DNA of 64,000 nucleotides, taken from the NCBI GenBank assembly GCA_963727525.1, contig CAVSGO010000007.1, forward strand, positions 864,001 through 928,000, given 5' to 3'. The translations under genes were made by a program, and so were the position numbers. This document shows, in pieces, positions 57,858-64,000 of the stretch (position 1 is its first letter; every line of letters begins with the position of its first letter). The notes below the pieces were generated by a model. The model did not search any database. It saw only the letters and a list, made by a program, of their open reading frames with translations, and was not told where the DNA came from. The stretch comes from an uncultured bacterium. GTDB taxonomy: Bacteria > Krumholzibacteriota > Krumholzibacteriia > LZORAL124-64-63.

Positions 57858-59228
57858 TCAGACGGCTTCGCCGAAAAACGCCGAGTTGCTCCATCCCGTC
57901 ACCCGGACGCGCCGCGACTGGCCCACGGCGCCATCGGGAAGATCCACGAGCACCTTGCGGTTGTTGGCGGTGCGCAGGCGCCAGACGCCGGCCGGGCGCC
58001 GCGCCGGCTCCTCGACCACGCCTTCCCAGATCTGTCCCACCTGGCGCGCGGCGATGGTACGCCACACCGTCTCCTGCGCCGCGAGCAGCTCGGCGAGCCG
58101 GCGCTTCTTCTCGTCCACCGTCACGTCATCGTCCAGCCTGGCCGCCGGAGCGCCGGGGCGCTCGCTATACTTGAAGCAGAACAGCGTGTCGAAGCCCACC
58201 TCCTGCACGAGTTCGAGGGTGGCCTGGAAGTCGGCTTCCGTCTCGCCCGGGAAGCCGACGATGATGTCGCCGCTGAAGGTGACGTCGGCAATGCGCGACC
58301 GGGCGTAGCGAACCATCTCGAGGTAGTCGTCACGACGATAGAGGCGCTTCATCCGCTTGAGCATGCGATCGCTGCCGCTCTGCGCCGGGACATGCAGCCA
58401 GGGGCACACGCGGGGCTCGGCCGCGATCACGTCCATGAGATGCGGATGCATGTCGCAGGGGTGGCCGGTGAGGAAGCGGATGCGTTCCACGCCGTCGATG
58501 CGCACCACCTGCCGCAACAGATCCGCGAAATCGAGGTCGCCGTGGCGGTAGGCGGTGACGTTCTGACCGAGCAGGGTGACCTCGCGGCCGCCGGCGGCGG
58601 TGATGCCGCGGATCTCGGCCAGGATCGCGTCCAGCGGCTTCTCGCGCTGCGGCCCGCGTGTGGTCGGCACGATGCAGTAGGTGCAGCGATAGTCGCAGCC
58701 CTTGTGGATGGTCACGAGATGGCTGTTGTTCGTGGGGTAGGCGGCAGGCGGCGCCACGTAGTGCACATCGTCGCGGTGGCCGGTGACCACCGCCGCAGCG
58801 CGGCCGCCCGCGCCGCCGAGCTGCGCCGCCAGGAGCTGCGGCAGCTCGTGGTAACCATCGACGCCCACGACGAGGTCGACCTTGCCGCGTCCGCTCGCGA
58901 GCGCGTCGCCCAGGCGCTCGGCCATACACCCGAGGATGCCCATGACGGCGGGTTCGCGGCCGGCGGCCTGGCGCTGGGCGCGCAGCTCGCCCACACGGCT
59001 GACGACCTTGTGCTCGGCATGCTCGCGCACGGAGCAGGTGTTCAGCAGGATGACGTCGGCCGCCAGCGGATCGGTCGCCGCCGCGTAGCCAGCGCGGCCG
59101 AGGATGCCCGTGACGGCGCTGCTGTCGTACACGTTCATCTGGCAGCCGTAAGTCTCGAGGTAGACGGTCGCCCCGCCGGCGACCGGCGCCGCCACTGTCT
59201 TCAACTCATTTATCGGCAAGCTATTCAC
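57858..59228 (-). CDS. miaB: tRNA methylthiotransferase MiaB
   Basis: TYGCQMNVYDS, NTCSVREHAE, GCMAER, GCDYRCTYCIVP, LGQNV, TRAM domain. Confidence 0.95.
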   Translation of the reverse strand: MNSLPINELKTVAAPVAGGATVYLETYGCQMNVYDSSAVTGILGRAGYAAATDPLAADVILLNTCSVREHAEHKVVSRVGELRAQRQAAGREPAVMGILGCMAERLGDALASGRGKVDLVVGVDGYHELPQLLAAQLGGAGGRAAAVVTGHRDDVHYVAPPAAYPTNNSHLVTIHKGCDYRCTYCIVPTTRGPQREKPLDAILAEIRGITAAGGREVTLLGQNVTAYRHGDLDFADLLRQVVRIDGVERIRFLTGHPCDMHPHLMDVIAAEPRVCPWLHVPAQSGSDRMLKRMKRLYRRDDYLEMVRYARSRIADVTFSGDIIVGFPGETEADFQATLELVQEVGFDTLFCFKYSERPGAPAARLDDDVTVDEKKRRLAELLAAQETVWRTIAARQVGQIWEGVVEEPARRPAGVWRLRTANNRKVLVDLPDGAVGQSRRVRVTGWSNSAFFGEAV

Positions 59229-60601
59229 GGATTAGTCTCCAGCAATGTCTCAAAACTGTCGGCAAAGAGGCGCCCTCCGCTCCATTTGCACGGCGTCACG
59301 CGCACCGGGGTGCCGGCCGCGGGTGCGTCCGCCGCCGGATCGGCGGCGACGAGGACGGGGACGTAATTGTCGGTGGTCGCCCGTCGGTGGCCCGGCCGGG
59401 CGGCACGCTCATTCTCCACGATCGCTTCGCGCGCCGTTCCCAGCAAGCTGCGCTGGAAGGCGACGGTGCGGCGCCGTGCTGCTTCGCGGAGTACGGCCGC
59501 GCGCTCGGTGACGATCTGGGGTGGCACCGGATCGGCCAGCCTGGCCGCCGGTGTGCCGGGCCGGGGCGAGAAGCGGAAGACATGGAGGTAGGTGAAGGGC
59601 AGGCTCTCCACGCACGCGAGCGTCTCGGCGAACTCGGCGTCGGTCTCCCCCGGGAAGCCGACGATGACGTCGGCGCCGAGCCCCAGATTTGCGATGGTGT
59701 CGGCCACGCTCGCGATCGCCTGCTGGGCCGCCGTCGCGCGGTACGGTCGGGCCATCCGCGCGAGCACCGTGTCGCTGCCGCTCTGCAACGAGATGTGCAG
59801 GTGCGGGCGCAGGCGCGATTCCTCCGCGAGCAGCCGCGCCAGCTCCGGCGTGAGTTCATCGGGGTGCAGGCTGCCCAGCCGCACGCGCAGCCGCGGAAAG
59901 GCCGCCAAGACGGCGCGCACCAGGTCCACGAGCCGTGGCGCGCCCGGGCCCAGGTCACGCCCGTAACTGCCGAGATGCACGCCCGTGAGGATCACCTCGT
60001 GGTAAGCGGCCCCGGCGTGCAGCGCGCCGACCTGGGCCAGCACGTCGTCGATGGGACGCGACCGCCCCGGGCCGCGCGCCTGCCAGATCAGGCAGTAGCT
60101 GCAGCGCAGGTCGCAGCCGTCCTGCACCTTCACGTAGGCCCGGCTGCGGCCCGTGAAGCCCGCGATGGAAGGCGCGGCGAAGCGTTCGCGGCGGGCGAAG
60201 GAGGCGACCACGAGGCGGGGTGCGTCGCCGGGCGCTGCGAGCACCAGTGGCAACCAGGTGGCCACGTCGTCGCGGGCCGTGTTGCCGATGACCGCGTCGA
60301 TCTCGCGCACGGTGGCCAGCGCCTGCGGCTGGGCCTGCGCGTAGCAGCCGGCCACCACCACGCGCGCCTGGGGATGTTCCCGTTTCACCCGGCGCGCGAG
60401 GCGGCGCGTCTCCTGGTCGGCGCGCGTGGTGACGGTGCAGCTGTTGAGCACGTAGACATCGGCCTCGTCGCCCCAGTTCACCACGGTGATGGGGCGCGCG
60501 GCGCGCATGGCGGCCTTCATGCCCTCGGTATCCACCTGGTTGAGGCGGCAACCCAAGGTATGGAAGGCGACACGCAGGGGACGGGGTTCAGCGTCGGTCA
60601 T
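59225..60601 (-). CDS. mtaB: tRNA t6A methylthiotransferase MtaB
   Basis: TLGCRLNQ, NSCTVT, GCYAQ, KVQDGCDLRCSYC, TGVHLGSYG, YLHVFRFSPRPGT. Confidence 0.92.
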   Translation of the reverse strand: MTDAEPRPLRVAFHTLGCRLNQVDTEGMKAAMRAARPITVVNWGDEADVYVLNSCTVTTRADQETRRLARRVKREHPQARVVVAGCYAQAQPQALATVREIDAVIGNTARDDVATWLPLVLAAPGDAPRLVVASFARRERFAAPSIAGFTGRSRAYVKVQDGCDLRCSYCLIWQARGPGRSRPIDDVLAQVGALHAGAAYHEVILTGVHLGSYGRDLGPGAPRLVDLVRAVLAAFPRLRVRLGSLHPDELTPELARLLAEESRLRPHLHISLQSGSDTVLARMARPYRATAAQQAIASVADTIANLGLGADVIVGFPGETDAEFAETLACVESLPFTYLHVFRFSPRPGTPAARLADPVPPQIVTERAAVLREAARRRTVAFQRSLLGTAREAIVENERAARPGHRRATTDNYVPVLVAADPAADAPAAGTPVRVTPCKWSGGRLFADSFETLLETNP

Positions 60602-60638
60602 GCCGGATCCTCGCGGCCAGCCATTTCTCGTGTCGCAG

Positions 60639-60687
60639 GACGAACGGGGTGGAGACGAACGGGGTGGAGGCGAACCCCCACCCCGTT
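60639..60687 (-). terminator. UUCG-capped hairpin after rpsA with a tandem 15-bp duplication
   Basis: Minus strand AACGGGGTGGGGG-TTCG-CCTCCACCCCGTT; GACGAACGGGGTGGA repeated at 60639-60653 and 60654-60668. Confidence 0.6.
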
Positions 60688-60712
60688 GTGGCATACGCCC
60701 ACGGTAGGCGCC

Positions 60713-62680
60713 CTATTCGGCGTCGTCCTCGGGCGGGGAGAAGGCCGCGGCCTCGGCCGCCAGCTCCTCGTCGCCCGGCAACGACTCGGACTTGCCCTCG
60801 GCAGCCTGATCGGCCGCCACGACATCCTCGAGCCGCGGATGGTCGGCGACGAACTTCTCGGTCGCATCGTCTTCGAGGTCCTTCAGCCGTTCGCTGATGG
60901 ACAGGACGATGCGCCGGTTCTCGACGTCCATCTTGATGACCTGCAGGGGCACCGCCTCGCCCTCGCGGAAGTAGTACTGCGGCTTCTCGAGCTTCGGCAC
61001 CGTCAGGCCCAGGTGACCCGTGGGTACGAAGCCCTCGAGATCGTCGCCCAGGTCCACGATGAGGCCGTGGTCGAGCATCCGCGTGACCGTCCCGTCGAGA
61101 GTGTGGCCCACGGGGAAATCTTCCGCCAGGTGGGGCCACGGGTTGTCGTGGAGCTGCTTGATGCCCAGGCTGATGCGCCGCTTCTGCGTGTCGATGTCCA
61201 GGATCTGGACCTCCACGCTGTCGCCCTTGCGCAGCACTTCCTTGGGATGGCGCACGCGCTTGGTCCAGCTCATATCCGAGATGTGCACCAGACCGTCGAT
61301 GCCTTCCTCCACCTCGACGAACGCGCCGAAATCGGTGAGGTTGCGCACCTTGCCCTCGATCTGCGTGCCCATCGGATAGCGCTCGGCGAGGGTGAGCCAC
61401 GGATCGGTCTCGGTCTGCTTGAGGCCGAGGCTGATCTTCTCGTTCTCCTTGTCGATCTTCAGCACCATGACGTTCACCTCGTCACCGATACTGACCACCT
61501 TCGAAGGATGCTTGATGTGGCGCGTCCAGCTCATCTCACTGATGTGGATGAGCCCCTCGACGCCCTTCTCGAGCTCGACGAAGGCGCCGTAGTTGGTGAT
61601 CGAGACGACCTTGCCGGTCACGACAGTGCCCTCGGGATACTTCGCCTCGACGTTCTCCCACGGGTACGACTGGAGCTGCTTCAGGCCCAGGCTGATGCGC
61701 TCGCGCTCCTGCTCGAAGTCGAGCACCTTCACATCGATCTCGTCACCGATCTGCACGACCTCGCTCGGGTGCTGCACGCGACCCCAGCTCAGGTCGGTGA
61801 TGTGCAGGAGACCGTCGATGCCGCCGAGGTCCACGAAGGCGCCGAAGTCGGTGATGTTCTTCACGACACCACGGCGTACCTGGCCCTTCTCCAGCTCGGC
61901 GATGAGCTTGCGCTTCTTCTCCTCGCGCTCCGCCTCGAGCACGATGCGGCGGCTCACCACGACGTTGCGACGCCGCTTGTTCTTCTTGATGATGCGGCAC
62001 TCGATCTCCTTGCCGATCAGGTCTTCCAGGTTGGGCACCTGGCGCAGCGCCACCTGCGACCCGGGCAGGAACGTGTCCACACCCCAGAGCTTGACCACGA
62101 GTCCGCCCTTGATCCGACGGTCGACGGTCCCGTTGACGACCTCGTTGTTCTCGTGAGCGGTCTTGATCTTGTCCCAGACCTTGAGGAAGTCGGCGCGCTC
62201 CTTGGAGAGCGCGACCAGGCCGTCCTGGTTCTCGAGCTTCTCGAGGAAGACGTCGTAGACGTCGCCGGGGTTGACCGGCTGGCCGCCGAACTCCTCGAGC
62301 GAGATGACGCCCTCGCTCTTGAAGCCGATGTCGAGCAGGACCTCGTTCTCGCGCACCTCGACTACGGTACCGGACAGGATCTGCCCCTCCGCGATCTCGG
62401 TGAGCGTCTCCTCGTACTGGTTGATGAGCGCCAGCATGTCGTTGTCCGAGATGTCGGTTTCCTCGACGTCCTCGTCGCGGAAATCGACGTTGATGATGCT
62501 GGCCTCGTCCAGGTCCCTCGTCAGCTTGGTCCCCGAACCGCGATCGACTCTCGCCGCGCCATGGGTACCGCCGCCGGACGGCCTGGGGTTGGTGTCCGCG
62601 TCCGACGCCTGGGGCATGGGCGTGGGGCGATTGCCCACGGCATCGGGCCCTTCTGCGCCGGGATTCAGGTTGGTGGTCAT
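60713..62680 (-). CDS. rpsA: 30S ribosomal protein S1
   Basis: DIGFKSEG, FLPGSQ, repeated TDFGAFV..G.DGL.HI S1 domains; SD AAGGAGG; cmk-rpsA synteny. Confidence 0.98.
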   Translation of the reverse strand: MTTNLNPGAEGPDAVGNRPTPMPQASDADTNPRPSGGGTHGAARVDRGSGTKLTRDLDEASIINVDFRDEDVEETDISDNDMLALINQYEETLTEIAEGQILSGTVVEVRENEVLLDIGFKSEGVISLEEFGGQPVNPGDVYDVFLEKLENQDGLVALSKERADFLKVWDKIKTAHENNEVVNGTVDRRIKGGLVVKLWGVDTFLPGSQVALRQVPNLEDLIGKEIECRIIKKNKRRRNVVVSRRIVLEAEREEKKRKLIAELEKGQVRRGVVKNITDFGAFVDLGGIDGLLHITDLSWGRVQHPSEVVQIGDEIDVKVLDFEQERERISLGLKQLQSYPWENVEAKYPEGTVVTGKVVSITNYGAFVELEKGVEGLIHISEMSWTRHIKHPSKVVSIGDEVNVMVLKIDKENEKISLGLKQTETDPWLTLAERYPMGTQIEGKVRNLTDFGAFVEVEEGIDGLVHISDMSWTKRVRHPKEVLRKGDSVEVQILDIDTQKRRISLGIKQLHDNPWPHLAEDFPVGHTLDGTVTRMLDHGLIVDLGDDLEGFVPTGHLGLTVPKLEKPQYYFREGEAVPLQVIKMDVENRRIVLSISERLKDLEDDATEKFVADHPRLEDVVAADQAAEGKSESLPGDEELAAEAAAFSPPEDDAE

Positions 62681-62774
62681 GAACTCGTTCCTCCTTCGAC
62701 GTGAATGTGCCCGTCTCCATGGACGGGCAGGCCCGCGAATATAGCACCACCGGAGGATCGGTGGCAAGTGAGGG

Positions 62775-64000
62775 CTAGTCTGCGGAACGGGCTACGTTTC
62801 GGTCCGGGCGGGCGAATGGTCGCTTGCGCGCCTCGTCGCGGGCGATCTGACGGGCCTGCTCGCGGCGCTCGGTCTCGCTCAGGGGATGTTCGGCGAAGGA
62901 GCGGGCCTGCAACTCGCGCACGGCGGCCAGATACTGGGCCCCGATGCGGCGGCAGACGTCGCGCCGGCCGTATCGTGCGAGCAGGATTGGCAGAGCGTGC
63001 AGCCTCATGAGCGGGCCGTAACGCACCTCGAGGGGCGCGTCGGGATTGCCGCCCACACGCAACAAGCTCGTGCCGCGCAAGAAGATGGGTAGGATGTCGG
63101 CGTGAGTTTCCTGGGCCAGCAACCCGAGCCCGGCCAGGATCGGCCCCGGCTCACCGAGGGGTCGCCGGGTGCCCTCGGGGAACATGAGCAGGCAACCGCC
63201 GCTCGCGAGCGTGGCGCCCGCCGTCGCGAAGGCGCTCCGGTCGAACCCGGCACGCCGGACGGGAATCACCTCGAGCCACCGCAGGAGGGCGTCCAGCGGG
63301 GCGAACCGGAAGAGTTCGGCCTTGGCCATCGCGCGCACCGGGGCCCGCCGGAACGTACTGCCCAGGAGCGGCGGGTCCCACTGGGTGACATGGTTGCTCG
63401 CCAGGAGCACGCCGGGCGGGGGCACGCGCCCATTCAGCCCGACCACGCGCAAACTGTAGGTGCGGGCGAAGACACTGGCGGTGCTGTAGGCAAGACGATA
63501 CTTGCCCGGCAGGGCGTGCCAGCAGGCGGCCGGATCGGTGAGCGGCACGAGTTGCGCGTCGAGATAGGGATTCACGAGGCAGGCCAGGGCCGCGCGGCGG
63601 TGCTGCTCCTCCTGGGACCAGTCGCTCGTGTCGAGCACGAGAGCGTCGGGCGCGATGGTGAGGGGGCTCTCGCTACGCTCGCTGTCCAGACGATCGCGGG
63701 CAGCAAGGTCGGCTTCCACCTGGGCACGGTCGGCCGTCTGGCCCCGCTGCTGGAACTGGCGGAAGCGCCGGTCGGCGCGCGCGGCGAGGCTGGCGTCGAG
63801 ATAGATCTTCGCCGTGGCCAGCGGGAAGACCACGCTGCCGATATCGCGGCCCTCCATGACCACGCCGCCGCGCCGGCCGAGCGCGCGCTGACGCTCCACC
63901 ATCTGCTGGCGCACCGTTGGATGCGCGCTCACCGCCGAGACCTGCGCATCCACCTCGGGCGCGCGGATGGCCTGCGACACGTCTCGCCCGCCCCAGATGA
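62775..64000 (-). CDS. cmk: Cytidylate kinase fused to 1-acyl-sn-glycerol-3-phosphate acyltransferase (5' end outside the window)
   Basis: Cmk motifs VMEGRDIGSVVFP, KIYLDAS, RDRLDS.R..SPL continue in frame into PlsC motifs SNHVTQWD and FPEGTR. Confidence 0.88.
   Translation of the reverse strand, partial: IWGGRDVSQAIRAPEVDAQVSAVSAHPTVRQQMVERQRALGRRGGVVMEGRDIGSVVFPLATAKIYLDASLAARADRRFRQFQQRGQTADRAQVEADLAARDRLDSERSESPLTIAPDALVLDTSDWSQEEQHRRAALACLVNPYLDAQLVPLTDPAACWHALPGKYRLAYSTASVFARTYSLRVVGLNGRVPPPGVLLASNHVTQWDPPLLGSTFRRAPVRAMAKAELFRFAPLDALLRWLEVIPVRRAGFDRSAFATAGATLASGGCLLMFPEGTRRPLGEPGPILAGLGLLAQETHADILPIFLRGTSLLRVGGNPDAPLEVRYGPLMRLHALPILLARYGRRDVCRRIGAQYLAAVRELQARSFAEHPLSETERREQARQIARDEARKRPFARPDRNVARSAD

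Noticed and set aside
60639-60668. Possible CRISPR-like repeat
   Set aside because: Only two adjacent 15-bp copies, no spacers and no cas genes.
33637-64000. KOPS (GGGNAGGG) polarity toward dif
   Set aside because: Spot checks found both orientations on the right arm (CCCTGCCC near 48844, GGGCAGGG near 37262); not supportable without a full count.

Overview
High-GC chromosomal segment of a diderm bacterium, dominated by housekeeping genes. LptE, LapA/LapB, a Wza-like protein and the diderm-type DnaK insert support diderm status. A short sigma-70 and proteins ending in W-x-x-V-K-x-L-F-R suggest an FCB-affiliated candidate phylum such as Krumholzibacteriota/Latescibacterota (inference only). 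The window spans the replication terminus: a near-canonical XerCD dif site lies at 33609-33636, where gene orientation flips from almost all + to almost all -. Left arm: glycosyltransferases interrupted by tRNA-Gly/Cys/Leu, a solitary dnaK, a short sigma-70, tRNA-Val, thrS-infC-rpmI-rplT-pheST-zapB-zapA-6S RNA-rny-folD-ispA-DUF212-dxs-nadK-recN, tRNA-Arg, polysaccharide genes, a sigma-54 regulator and lptE-holA-trxA. Right arm (minus strand): cmk/plsC fusion-rpsA-mtaB-miaB-lapA-lapB-SPOR-mutS-GAF/degenerate GGDEF-mutL-miaA-tRNA-Gly, DUF512-der-plsY-gpsA-merR-tRNA-Pro, two secreted paralogues, and GT2-surE-pcm-tRNA-Pro-LysM/M23-apt-tRNA-Arg. Most notable observations: (1) the tandem secreted paralogues share a C-terminal W-[GS]-x-V-K-[AS]-L-F-R tail that looks like a protein-sorting signal; (2) most tRNA genes have 5' leaders complementary to their own 3' NCCA end; (3) infC has an L20-leader-like switch and an AUC start; (4) a putative c-di-GMP receptor sits between mutS and mutL. 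No integrase, transposase, CRISPR array or rRNA was seen.
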